Assembly: GCA_041677685.1 (NCBI GenBank)
Contig: JBAYPN010000004.1
Span: 1 to 32,000, forward strand
DNA: 32,000 bases
Reading direction: 5' to 3'
From: an archaeon
GTDB lineage: Archaea > Iainarchaeota > Iainarchaeia > Iainarchaeales > CSSED10-239
Part shown: positions 10,070-19,773 of the stretch, one piece after another
Layout of the letters: each line of letters begins with the position of its first letter
Numbering within the stretch: the first letter of the stretch is position 1
Made by a program: the position numbers and the translations under genes
Notes under the pieces: model-generated
Told to the model about the DNA's origin: nothing
The model's input: only the letters and a program-made list of their open reading frames with translations
Databases searched by the model: none

Positions 10070-10649
10070 TTTCATAATGTGGGAGTGTATCTTCAGGTAC
10101 TACTATTTTAGTTAATTTATTATTAATCTTAACATCTAATATTATAAAAGGATTACCAGAAATAGATGTAAAATTTAGACCTCTTATTTTCTGAATTTTA
10201 TTCCTTTTAATAAATTCTGCAAACTTTTGTTCATTATATGACTTAGAAATGTTAATGCTTTTTTTTATTTCTGGATGATTAAAAAAAATCCAAGTTGCAA
10301 ATTTTACCTTTGAAATTTTAGAATCAGTAACTAAATTATGATTTTTAATATTTTTCAAAGATAATTCTATCATTTCTTTAAAGCTTTTAAAATCAAACTT
10401 TGTTTTCTTTTTAGTTAATAAAAAATTTTCAATAACTGCAAATTTGTCAAAGTAAAGCACTTTACAATTATGTTTATTATACTCTATAGATTCAATTCTT
10501 TTAGGAACTCTTCCAAAAAGTAAAACTTGATATTTATGTTCATCAAGATTTTCAATTTTCTTTTTTAAAGTTGTTTTTGGTTTTTCTTTTTTAGGCTTTT
10601 TTACAACTTTCTTTTTTTTAAAATCTCCAAATTTTTTTATAATCCCCAT
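10059..10649 (-). CDS. Hypothetical protein with a Lys-rich N-terminal tail
   Basis: ORF directly downstream of the exonuclease gene. The track start at 10655 is TTG, so I prefer the ATG at 10649. No motif recognised. Confidence 0.5.
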   Translation of the reverse strand: MGIIKKFGDFKKKKVVKKPKKEKPKTTLKKKIENLDEHKYQVLLFGRVPKRIESIEYNKHNCKVLYFDKFAVIENFLLTKKKTKFDFKSFKEMIELSLKNIKNHNLVTDSKISKVKFATWIFFNHPEIKKSINISKSYNEQKFAEFIKRNKIQKIRGLNFTSISGNPFIILDVKINNKLTKIVVPEDTLPHYEIKI

Positions 10650-10655
10650 AACCAA

Positions 10656-11234
10656 TCAATATCTATTAACATTAATTACATTTGTTTCTACTGCTCTCTT
10701 ATACAAAGCATCTGTAATCTCTAAATCTTTCTCTAAGTATTTATTTAAAGTCAAATAGTCCTTCTCATAACAGAGCCTAGAGACATCAGAGCCATTTACT
10801 TCTAAAATTTCTTGTCCAATAATTTCTGCAAATTCTTTTAATTTTCCTCTTGTCTTTCCATATTTATAAGCATTTATCTTATCTCTCAAATCAATTATTT
10901 CTTTTAAAGAAAAACTTTCAATTCTAATATTTTGAATAAAAGATCTAGTAACAATAAAGGGCATATCAAAAGAAGTAATATTAAACCCAACTACTGGGAT
11001 TAAAGCTGACCCTAATTTAATTTCTTTCCATTTCTCCCAAAATTTAGAAAGTATTTCTTTTTCATCTTCTGATTGAAAAATATAATTAACATTTTCAAAT
11101 CTCAAACCAATTGCAACTATTCTAGAATCAATTGGATTTAGTAATTTTAATTTTTCTTCTTCATCTTTTTCAAAGTAATTTTCTAAACTAATAGGGCAAG
11201 TCTCTATGTCTAAAATTATATATTTTCTGTTCAT
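10656..11234 (-). CDS. DnaQ-fold 3'-5' exonuclease related to the PolB exonuclease domain (COG3298-like)
   Basis: Exo I-like YIILDIET and Exo II-like VGFNITSFDMPFI. An acidic residue near the C-terminus (DLEITDALY) fits Exo III. Confidence 0.65.
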   Translation of the reverse strand: MNRKYIILDIETCPISLENYFEKDEEEKLKLLNPIDSRIVAIGLRFENVNYIFQSEDEKEILSKFWEKWKEIKLGSALIPVVGFNITSFDMPFIVTRSFIQNIRIESFSLKEIIDLRDKINAYKYGKTRGKLKEFAEIIGQEILEVNGSDVSRLCYEKDYLTLNKYLEKDLEITDALYKRAVETNVINVNRY

Positions 11235-11338
11235 AAATAATTAATTTAAATTAGATATACCTTTTAAATATATTGTTTCAGAGATATAATAATATTTTAT
11301 AAGTTGAAAGAAAATTCACTATAGGTTAAAGAAAATAT

Positions 11339-12550
11339 ATGGTTATAAAAAAAGATCAAGAGCTTAATACTTTTAAAAAATCAATTCTTGGAATACAGAT
11401 GTTGTTTGTTGCTTTTGGGGCATTAGTCTTAGTTCCGCTACTTATAGGTATTGACCCTTCAGTTGCTTTATTTACAGCAGGTTGTGGAACTTTAATCTTC
11501 CATCTAATAACAAAAGGAAAGGTTCCTGTCTTTTTAGGAAGTTCTTTTGTCTTTATAGTCCCAATTATTGAAGGTGGTGTTCTTTTTGGTTTGCCTGGTG
11601 TCTTTGGTGGTTTAATAGTTTCAGGTTTAGTTTTTGTAATTGTGTCTTTGGTTATTAGACAAAAGGGGTTAGAATTTGTTCAAAGAATTTTTCCACCAAT
11701 CATTGTTGGTCCAGTGATTATGATCATAGGGTTGTCACTTGCATCTACAGGAATTGAGATGGCGTCTTCTAATTGGGTTCTAGCATTAATAACATTATTG
11801 ACTGCAATAATCATTGTAGTTTTTGGTAAAAAAAGTATAAAACTTTTACCAGTTATTGGAGGAATTACTGTTGCTTACATTATTGCAATTATTTTAAACA
11901 AAGTAGACTTTACTTTAATAAAGGAAGCTGCATGGTTTTCTGTTCCTCAATTTTTTCTACCATCTTTTAATTTAGGAGCAATTCTTTTCATGTTACCAAT
12001 TGCAATTGCACCAATGATTGAGCATATAGGAGATATGTATGCTATAAGCAGTGCAGTTAAGAAAAACTTTGTAAAGGATCCAGGAATACATAGAACCCTT
12101 TTAGGAGACGGAATTGCAACTATGTTTGCTGGTTTTTTAGGTGGTCCTCCAAACACCACCTACTCAGAAGTTACAGGTGCAATTATTCTTACAAAGTTGA
12201 AAGATCCTTCAATCTTAAGGATAGCAGCAGTAACAGCCATAGTCTTTTCATTTGTTGGAAAGATAAGTGGTTTTTTACAAACAATTCCTTCAAGTATTCT
12301 TGGAGGTATTATGATCCTACTATTTGGAATGATTACTGTTGTTGGAATTAAATCTTTGTCTGAAAATAAAATAAATTTAGATAAAACAAAAAATATGATA
12401 ATAGTTTCTGTTATGTTAATTTTTGGAGTGGGGGGAGCAGTAATTTCCTTTGGAACCTTTTCCTTAATTGGAGTAGGTTTAGCCTCTGTTGTTGGAATTG
12501 TTCTTAATTTAATTTTACCTAACAAAGAAATTAATTTAAAAGATTTATAA
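11339..12550 (+). CDS. NCS2-family nucleobase (uracil/xanthine) permease
   Basis: About 12 TM segments, with GGPPNTTYSEVTGAIILTK resembling the NCS2 signature region. Confidence 0.7.
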   Translation: MVIKKDQELNTFKKSILGIQMLFVAFGALVLVPLLIGIDPSVALFTAGCGTLIFHLITKGKVPVFLGSSFVFIVPIIEGGVLFGLPGVFGGLIVSGLVFVIVSLVIRQKGLEFVQRIFPPIIVGPVIMIIGLSLASTGIEMASSNWVLALITLLTAIIIVVFGKKSIKLLPVIGGITVAYIIAIILNKVDFTLIKEAAWFSVPQFFLPSFNLGAILFMLPIAIAPMIEHIGDMYAISSAVKKNFVKDPGIHRTLLGDGIATMFAGFLGGPPNTTYSEVTGAIILTKLKDPSILRIAAVTAIVFSFVGKISGFLQTIPSSILGGIMILLFGMITVVGIKSLSENKINLDKTKNMIIVSVMLIFGVGGAVISFGTFSLIGVGLASVVGIVLNLILPNKEINLKDL

Positions 12551-12569
12551 AAATTAAAAGAGTTGTTTT

Positions 12570-12932
12570 ATGTCAAAAATTATAACTGAATCTAATAACT
12601 TATTTGATGGGCTATCAGAACTAGTTGGTAAAGCTATAGTTGGGTTATTAATTTCTTTCTTTTTACCAATTACTACTAGATTTATAGAGTATACTTTAAA
12701 CATTACTTGGGTTGATAACTATTATTTTACAATATCAATAACTATTATAATTAATGTTCTTTATATCTTTAAAAACTATAGACAATCTAATTTATTTTAC
12801 ATTGCTGGGTGGGTAATTGGAATTAGTGTTTTATTGATGCTAAACATAATTGATGGCTTTAAAGCCTTTGTGTATATCTTGATTCCAATAATTATAATTC
12901 TTATAAAAAATATTTTTAATAGAAAAAACTAA
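12570..12932 (+). CDS. Hypothetical small membrane protein
   Basis: 120 aa, with 3-4 hydrophobic segments. Confidence 0.45.
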   Translation: MSKIITESNNLFDGLSELVGKAIVGLLISFFLPITTRFIEYTLNITWVDNYYFTISITIIINVLYIFKNYRQSNLFYIAGWVIGISVLLMLNIIDGFKAFVYILIPIIIILIKNIFNRKN

Positions 12933-13654
12933 GGAAGTCTTTCAATTTTGAAAATATAGGTTGGAAGTTTATGATTATTATTTGAAGGTGCAAACTTAAA
13001 GTCTAATCTAAATCCATTCTTAATCATTGTTCTTTTAATATTGTTTATATGTTCTTCAACAGTTATATTTTTCAAAGGTTTTAATCTATTTGTTCCAAAT
13101 AAAAAGACTCCATTTCTGCTTAAAGAATGTGAGAATTTTAAAATTAGATTCTTATCTAATTCAGAAATGTTATAAAAGACCCCACCAAAAACAGAAGTTA
13201 TTAAATCATATTTTTTAAAGGGTTTAAAATTTTGTGACTTTTGTTTAACTAAGATGTCTACTTTCGAATTTTTAAGGTCAACTCCAGGGGTCAAGGTTAT
13301 TGCTGTTGTTTCTGAATTTATGTTTCTCTTTTCAAGTAGACTTTTAAATTCTGTTAGAAATCTTGTTAATCCAGCACCTTCATCCATAATTGTTAATTTA
13401 GATTTTTTTGAATTTTTAAATCTTTTCAAAACAAATTCTAAGAGAGGTTTACCCTCTAACAATTGAAGGAAAGCATAATTATATTCTTTGTAACCCCTGT
13501 TTTTAGGATAAAGTTCGTGCTTGTTAGTGTAAAGGTTAGAGAGATGTTTTAGTTTCTCTCTAATCACTGGATCTTTTAGTTTTTTATTAATAACATTTTG
13601 TTGATCTTTGATTCTTGGATCAACAATTGTTTTTTTCTTAAATCTTGGTTTCAA
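12929..13654 (-). CDS. Class I SAM-dependent methyltransferase (putative)
   Basis: Motif I IMDEGAGLT, motif II YDLITSVFG, motif III LSRNGVFLFG. The TTG start overlaps the upstream stop (TTGA). Confidence 0.55.
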   Translation of the reverse strand: MKPRFKKKTIVDPRIKDQQNVINKKLKDPVIREKLKHLSNLYTNKHELYPKNRGYKEYNYAFLQLLEGKPLLEFVLKRFKNSKKSKLTIMDEGAGLTRFLTEFKSLLEKRNINSETTAITLTPGVDLKNSKVDILVKQKSQNFKPFKKYDLITSVFGGVFYNISELDKNLILKFSHSLSRNGVFLFGTNRLKPLKNITVEEHINNIKRTMIKNGFRLDFKFAPSNNNHKLPTYIFKIERLP

Positions 13655-14844
13655 AAAAATCCTCTCACAACAACAATTGGTGTGTTGGCATCAGCTGAAC
13701 CAGATACCAAGTCAGCTAAAGAACAAACCAAATTTTCAATTTTTCTAGGAGTTGTTCCTTCTGCAGAAAATGAATCTTTCTTTTGTGTTTTTAGAAATTT
13801 CTGTTTTTCAATTTCAATTAATTTTAGAATTTCTTTTTTACTTTTTCCTTCATTATATAATTTCTGCATTAAAAATTTTGTTTTAACTCCAATTCTGTTT
13901 CTATTTTTAATTCCAGGTGTTACTCCAAAGCAAGAAACTGGATCTGCTAGTTCATAGATCCCTGATTCTGGATCCTTATATGCCCCATCCCCATAGATTA
14001 AGACTTCAACGTCTTTTTTAAATTCCTTTTTAATCATTTTTTGTATATTTTTACAAAACACATCTCCATTTTTTGGAGCAAGCTTTATTGTCTCATTAAC
14101 AGGATCTAATATGTTTGAGCCTAACAACCCATATTCAGAATATACTTTTTTAGAAGGGTCATTAAAAACATGTTGTAAGCTAATTGTTTTTTTATATTTT
14201 CTTGCCTTTAAAGCATTTAAAGTATCTTCTCTATGATGCACATTACAAACAATAATTGCATCTGGTTTGTTTTCAACCATATACTTTGTGGAGTTTGCTA
14301 AATAGACTTCTGCTTTTGCACCTTCTTTGTTAATAATGTCTTTATATAAAGAAATATAATCAACAGAAGTTTCAGGATGTATATATCTATTTTTCCCTAT
14401 TTCTTTTTCACTTATTTTATCTTCAAAGCTTTTTTTAAGTTTTTTAGAATAAAATTCTTTGTTAATTATTTGATTTCCTTGTTCATCATCAGGGAACAAC
14501 AATTGAATAATTACTTTACCTTTTGGAACTGTTCTTGCAATTGCTTTTAACAGCATTGAAAATCTGTTTCTTGAAAGTATTGGATAAAGTAAGCCAACAG
14601 TTGAGTCTTCTTTTAGTTTCAATTTTGATTTAATTTGAGTTACTACACTATCAAGTGTTACAAAATTATGTTGTGTAATTCCAACAATTGCTTCAGTTAT
14701 ACAGACAATGTCTCCTGTCTGAATCATTGATTTATTTTTAAGAAAATATTTCTTAATAACATCAGAAATATTATCATCAAAAGTTATTATCCCTGTCTTA
14801 ATTCCAAAAGAAACAACTCCAACATCTTTACTATTAATTTTCAT
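13651..14844 (-). CDS. CofE-like (F420-0:gamma-glutamyl ligase family, COG1478) protein, about 150 aa longer than canonical CofE
   Basis: GDIVCITEAIVGITQ near the N-terminus, VLIYGDGAYKD in the middle, and the C-terminus LADLVSGSADANTPIVVVRGF. All three parallel CofE blocks as I remember them. Confidence 0.5.
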   Translation of the reverse strand: MKINSKDVGVVSFGIKTGIITFDDNISDVIKKYFLKNKSMIQTGDIVCITEAIVGITQHNFVTLDSVVTQIKSKLKLKEDSTVGLLYPILSRNRFSMLLKAIARTVPKGKVIIQLLFPDDEQGNQIINKEFYSKKLKKSFEDKISEKEIGKNRYIHPETSVDYISLYKDIINKEGAKAEVYLANSTKYMVENKPDAIIVCNVHHREDTLNALKARKYKKTISLQHVFNDPSKKVYSEYGLLGSNILDPVNETIKLAPKNGDVFCKNIQKMIKKEFKKDVEVLIYGDGAYKDPESGIYELADPVSCFGVTPGIKNRNRIGVKTKFLMQKLYNEGKSKKEILKLIEIEKQKFLKTQKKDSFSAEGTTPRKIENLVCSLADLVSGSADANTPIVVVRGFF

Positions 14845-15018
14845 AAATATTTCTCCTTATTTTTATCTTTTAATATTTTTTTCTTTTATAAAAATTTTTT
14901 AGTCAAAATTTAAATTCTTAGACTATATTATGATTATTAGACTATACATTTATAAATATTTTGAACTATATTTTAATGCTTTTTTAAAAAATTAAGAAAT
15001 TAGGTGGGGTTAGTAAAT

Positions 15019-15420
15019 ATGTTATACAATTATTGTCCAAATTGCTATTCTCTAAATGTAGGTTATAAGCCTGAGACTAGACAACATAAATGTAATTCTT
15101 GTGGGTTTCTTGGAACTTGTAGACAAGATAGTATAGATAAGATTAATGAACTTAGAAAAGGTAAAACTTTAACAAGTCAAACATCTGCAAAAACAAAAGA
15201 AAGAGAAGAATTTAATTTAAATTTAGATGATGACAACTTTGGTTTAGATTCAATTGAAGATTATGATGATGAAAAAAAACCAACTACAAGTAATATTCCT
15301 AGATATTCAAGTAAAGAGAGGCCAAGTCAAAAGTCAGCAAATGCAGACATTGGTGCTGATCAAAGAGTTAAAAAGAAATTTGGGGACAAGTCTGTAAATA
15401 GTGATTGGGAATTATTATAA
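15019..15420 (+). CDS. Zinc-ribbon protein with a disordered, charged C-terminal region
   Basis: CPNC...CNSC pairs. GGTGGGG RBS-like element 10 nt upstream of the ATG at 15019; the track start at 15004 is GTG. Confidence 0.55.
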   Translation: MLYNYCPNCYSLNVGYKPETRQHKCNSCGFLGTCRQDSIDKINELRKGKTLTSQTSAKTKEREEFNLNLDDDNFGLDSIEDYDDEKKPTTSNIPRYSSKERPSQKSANADIGADQRVKKKFGDKSVNSDWELL

Positions 15421-15487
15421 TTTATTTTTTTATATTTTTGTTTTTAGTTTCCTTTCTTAAAATCTAAAATTATTTTTTTATTTGAAA

Positions 15488-16339
15488 TTATAATTTTTCA
15501 TAAGTCTTTTTTAGAAGTAAAGCATCTCCAATTATGTTAGGAGATTCACAAATAACTGTTCCTTTTGCTTTATTATCTTTTAATTTCTCTAAGATTCTTT
15601 TATATGGGAAATCTGCATCCTTAAAGATAAGATGATTTTTCTCTCCTTTTTCTGAATAGTTGATTCCTGACATATGTATGTGGATGTCATTAAATATTTT
15701 TGGATGAGTGTTTAGTTCTTCGAAGAAAGAATCAATGTTTTTAGGATTATTAAAATACCCATTCTCTCTTGCATGTTGGTGTGCAAAATCAATTACAGGA
15801 TGTACAAATTTTGGAAACTTGTCAAGAAAATAAAAGATTTCAGACAAAGATCCTACTTGTGTTTTTTTACCAGTAAGTTCAATTCCTAATTTTACATCTC
15901 CCTCATATTTATCTTGAATAATTTCAATTTGTCTTGAAATGTTTTCTAAAACTTTTTTAGGCTCTTGTTTTAAAAAATAACCAATATGACAAACAATTAC
16001 TCTTGCACCAATTTTCTGTCCAACATTTAATGAGTCTAAAATATACCTCTGAGAATTATTTATTTTATGTTTCTCTACAGCATTAAGGTTTATAAAATAA
16101 GGAGCGTGGACACTAAGATTAACTTTTGATTTATCAGAATTATTTTTAATTTCTTCTAATCTCTCAGGAATTGATTTTTTAAGATACACTCCTCTAACAA
16201 ATTCAATTTCAAGTGCAGACAACCCTAACTTAGATATTTCTAAAATAGCATCTGCTGTTGGATTTTTGCTATTATTTAGTATATTTAAGTTACCTGCCCC
16301 AAAACCAGCAGGCCCAAAGTGTAATTTTTCAAAACTCAT
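15488..16339 (-). CDS. nfo: Endonuclease IV family AP endonuclease (xylose isomerase-like TIM barrel)
   Basis: The blocks VHAPYFINL, VCHIGY, GIELTG, IDFAHQHA, IHMSG and VICESPN are colinear with the metal-binding blocks of Nfo. Confidence 0.7.
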   Translation of the reverse strand: MSFEKLHFGPAGFGAGNLNILNNSKNPTADAILEISKLGLSALEIEFVRGVYLKKSIPERLEEIKNNSDKSKVNLSVHAPYFINLNAVEKHKINNSQRYILDSLNVGQKIGARVIVCHIGYFLKQEPKKVLENISRQIEIIQDKYEGDVKLGIELTGKKTQVGSLSEIFYFLDKFPKFVHPVIDFAHQHARENGYFNNPKNIDSFFEELNTHPKIFNDIHIHMSGINYSEKGEKNHLIFKDADFPYKRILEKLKDNKAKGTVICESPNIIGDALLLKKTYEKL

Positions 16340-16441
16340 TTTCTAGCACCAATCTTTTAAAATTTAAATTAATTGTACATTTAATTTTATTTTAAATGTT
16401 ACATTTTGTTTAAAATTACTACAATTAAATAATTTTATTTT

Positions 16442-16627
16442 CTACTCTTCAATTGTAATACACGCAACTGGACAAACATCTGCAGCCTGTCTATTACAAC
16501 CAACCTCTTTTACTTCTGTCTTGATTGGCTTTGGCTTAGCTCCAACAAACTTCCAATTTTCAGGGCAAACTGAAACACAAGCTCCGCAACCAATGCATGC
16601 CTCATTATCTTGTTTAATCTTTACCAT
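16442..16627 (-). CDS. Small 4Fe-4S ferredoxin
   Basis: 61 aa with CIGCGACVSVCP and a distal CPVAC. Confidence 0.8.
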   Translation of the reverse strand: MVKIKQDNEACIGCGACVSVCPENWKFVGAKPKPIKTEVKEVGCNRQAADVCPVACITIEE

Positions 16628-16836
16628 CCTTAAAACACTTCCTTTCTTGTTTTTGTTTTTTCACAATTTTTTTTTAATTTAAATATTCTTCAACTTAATT
16701 TTCATATCAACTATCAGATTAATATTTTCTAATAGCCTCTATCCTATAGATAGAAAATAAACAAATATATAAATGTTTCTTTTTACTTATTAAATAATAG
16801 TCTTACAATATAAAATATAATTACAAAAGTTTAATT

Positions 16837-19068
16837 ATGATAGAAAAGATAAAACCACCAAGAGGAACACCTGGTGAAATATACAAGTCAATCTCTGTTG
16901 ATTCAAGAGACTTCTCTATAGATGAAAATAAACTTTTTAAAAAAAAAGAAAATGGTTATATTCTTTTTTGTAAAAGTATTTATAAAAAATTTCCTGGACT
17001 TGGAAAAAATGGAAAGTACAATTCTGAATATAAGTCTGCAGTTGATTTTCTAAGGTGGGACCTAAAAGCAGAAGAGTATACAGCAGGTACAAAGTTTGTA
17101 TTTTTATTTGGAATACTTGCAGCAATAATTATTTCTTTTTTAATATACATGTATGGCTTAGAGTCTTTAAAATCATTGTTTGGAAACATATACATCCCCA
17201 TAATGATTACCTTTGGTCTACCAATCATAATTTTTATATACATCTTTACTACCTTTCAAAAGTACCCATTAACCCAAGTTGGTTATGAGAAAGTAAGAGC
17301 ATTGACTTTTGTTCCTGAAATTTTAGGGTATATGATAATGTCAATGAAGCTTGTACCAAACTTAGAAAAAGCAATTGAATTTGCATCCAACCATGGTCAC
17401 GGAAAAGTAGCAGATGACCTTAAAAATCTATTATGGGAAGTTAAGGTAGGAATTAAGGGAAGTGTTTCAGAAGCCCTTGATGGTTTGGCATACAAATGGG
17501 GAGAAGTCTCTGAAGAACTAAAAAAAGCTTTAATGAAAATAAGGTCTTCAGTTATTGAAATTTCAGAAGCAAAAAGATACCAAATCCTAGATCAGACAAT
17601 GGATGACACTCTAACCTCAATTAAAGGCAAGTTAGAAGATTATGCAAGAAGTCTATCTCAACCAAGCATGGTTATCTTTTACATAGGAGTTTTACTTCCT
17701 TTACTTTTAATTATTATTCTACCAATTGGTTCTGCATTTTCAGGCTCAGCTCTAGCAAGACCAATCTACCTAATCTTAATTTACAATTTTGCAATCCCCA
17801 TTGGGTGTTTAGTTTATGCAAGAAGCATAATTAGAAATAGACCAGCCACATATGTTCCTGCTGTGATTCCTAATAAACATCCTGACCTTCCTAAAAGAAA
17901 CACAATTAAAATTGGAAAATCTTCAATTAATGTTTTTTTAATAATAATTTTAGTTGTTGGAACACTTGTTATTGGTAGTCTTTTTTTACAATCTAATTTT
18001 GGAAAAACAAAATATAATGTGTTATTAAATGCAGGGTATATAAAAGAAGGAGAATCAATAACTGCTGCAGAATTTAATTGTTCAAAAGAAGAACTTGCCC
18101 TAAAAGCAGAAAATCCAAAAATATTATGTCAAGCTGAAACTGAATTTTGGCAAGACCCTGATAATGATGTAACTCCTTATTTTTTAATCTATGGTCTACT
18201 GATTGCCTTTAGTTTAGGTTTCTCATTATTACTTTATTCTCAAAGTATTTACAAAAGAAAAATTCAACTTGAGTCTGAAAGGATGGAATATGAGTTTAAA
18301 GATGCACTTTACATAATTGCAAGTAGGCTTGGAGAAAATAAACCAATTGAGGATGCCTTAGCACACACTAGGGATTTTTTATCAAAATCATTAATTTCTA
18401 AAAGTATTTTTGCAAAAGCAATTGACAATATTAGGATTCTTGGTTTTAATTTAAATTCTGCATTGTTTGATGAAAATTATGGAGCTCTTAAAAATAATCC
18501 TTCAACAATTATTAACAGTGCAATGAGGTTGATGGTTGATTCTGTACAGTTGGGGGTTTCAGTTGCTGCAAAGACTTTGATGTCTTACTCTATGCAATTA
18601 AGAAACACTGATGAAGTTACAAAGACTTTAAAAGATTTGATTAGTGGAATTACTGGAACCTTAAACAGTATGGCTAAATTTATTGCTCCGATTGTTTTAG
18701 GAATAACTACTGGTCTTCAAAAAATAGTAATCTCAACTCTAACCTCTATTTCAAATAGTGGAGCTTTACAAGAAGTAAGTTCAGCAATTGAAGGTGTAGG
18801 AACTGCAATTGGAGGCACAGTAAACACAGCAAGTATTGAGGGCATGGCAACAATTGATCCAGCAACAATAGCACAACTTGCAAGCTCTACAACTTTTTTG
18901 ATAATTGTTGCAATTTATGTAATTGAGATTGTTATTATTATAACTTACTTTACAACAATGATAGAGGAAGACAACCTTGTTCTTGCTAAACTAAAGATTG
19001 CAAAAACATTACCAGTTGCAGTTATTTTGTTTATCTTAACAACTATCTTTACAAATATGTTATTTTGA
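16837..19068 (+). CDS. FlaJ/TadC/PilC-like type IV pilus platform membrane protein with two T2SS-F-like domains
   Basis: Two soluble helical modules (VPEILGYMIMSMKLVPNLEKAIEFASNHGHGKVADDLKNLLWEVKVGIKGSVSEAL, and YEFKDALYIIASRLGENKPIEDALAHTRDFL...NIRILGFNLNSAL). Each is followed by TM bundles. The gene sits directly upstream of the pilin genes. Confidence 0.6.
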   Translation: MIEKIKPPRGTPGEIYKSISVDSRDFSIDENKLFKKKENGYILFCKSIYKKFPGLGKNGKYNSEYKSAVDFLRWDLKAEEYTAGTKFVFLFGILAAIIISFLIYMYGLESLKSLFGNIYIPIMITFGLPIIIFIYIFTTFQKYPLTQVGYEKVRALTFVPEILGYMIMSMKLVPNLEKAIEFASNHGHGKVADDLKNLLWEVKVGIKGSVSEALDGLAYKWGEVSEELKKALMKIRSSVIEISEAKRYQILDQTMDDTLTSIKGKLEDYARSLSQPSMVIFYIGVLLPLLLIIILPIGSAFSGSALARPIYLILIYNFAIPIGCLVYARSIIRNRPATYVPAVIPNKHPDLPKRNTIKIGKSSINVFLIIILVVGTLVIGSLFLQSNFGKTKYNVLLNAGYIKEGESITAAEFNCSKEELALKAENPKILCQAETEFWQDPDNDVTPYFLIYGLLIAFSLGFSLLLYSQSIYKRKIQLESERMEYEFKDALYIIASRLGENKPIEDALAHTRDFLSKSLISKSIFAKAIDNIRILGFNLNSALFDENYGALKNNPSTIINSAMRLMVDSVQLGVSVAAKTLMSYSMQLRNTDEVTKTLKDLISGITGTLNSMAKFIAPIVLGITTGLQKIVISTLTSISNSGALQEVSSAIEGVGTAIGGTVNTASIEGMATIDPATIAQLASSTTFLIIVAIYVIEIVIIITYFTTMIEEDNLVLAKLKIAKTLPVAVILFILTTIFTNMLF

Positions 19069-19199
19069 AAATATATATTTGAAATTTAAATTATAAGGTT
19101 AGGTTTAGGTTATAAAAAATAAAAAATTAATAATTGAAAAAGAAAGATAAAAAGAATTATTCAAAATAATTGAAAAAAAATTATAAAAAGAAAGAGAAT

Positions 19200-19703
19200 A
19201 TGAAACTTGTAAAACATACAGAGAGAGGACAAGCCTTTGAAGTTTATAGACTATTGATTGCATTTATCATAGCTGTAGCTGTTATGTCAATCATTATTGT
19301 TATGGTTCAAAAAACAAATAAAGAATCAATTCTTTTAAGTTATCAAAATTTAGAACAAGGTTTTATCTCTGCAACTAAAAGTCCTGGGACAAGTAGTAAA
19401 ATGCCTTTTGTTATTGAGGATCTAAAATTGAAAGGAATGATAACTAAAAAAAAACTTTCAACAATTAGTGGACTTAAAGAAGAATGTATTATCTTTGATG
19501 CAGGACCAGGAATTGAAAAAACAGATATTGGTGTTGAGATTAATAAGATTTTAAAATTTGATACAACAGTTTATTGTAATTTTGGAAATGTTGATATTTT
19601 AGAAACTCCAATTATTCAGTTGTTAGAAAATAATACCCTTGAGAATTGCCCAGTATATTGTATAGTCTTTATGAACAAAAATCCAAAAGATATTTATCCA
19701 TAA
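19200..19703 (+). CDS. Archaeal type IV pilin-like protein (class III signal peptide)
   Basis: MKLVKHTERG|QAFEVYRLLIAFIIAVAVMSIIIVMV. Four Cys in the C-terminal domain. The track start at 19170 is TTG, so I chose the ATG at 19200. Confidence 0.65.
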   Translation: MKLVKHTERGQAFEVYRLLIAFIIAVAVMSIIIVMVQKTNKESILLSYQNLEQGFISATKSPGTSSKMPFVIEDLKLKGMITKKKLSTISGLKEECIIFDAGPGIEKTDIGVEINKILKFDTTVYCNFGNVDILETPIIQLLENNTLENCPVYCIVFMNKNPKDIYP

Positions 19704-19773
19704 AATTTAAAATAAGAATTAAAAACTATAATTATAAAAATAGAATCTAAAAAAAATAAAATTGAAGAAATTT

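Noticed and set aside
16628-16836. Structured RNA or operator in the 209-bp divergent intergenic region (small inverted repeat ctatc-n5-gatag)
   Set aside because: The arms are only 5 nt long in very AT-rich sequence, so this is expected by chance.
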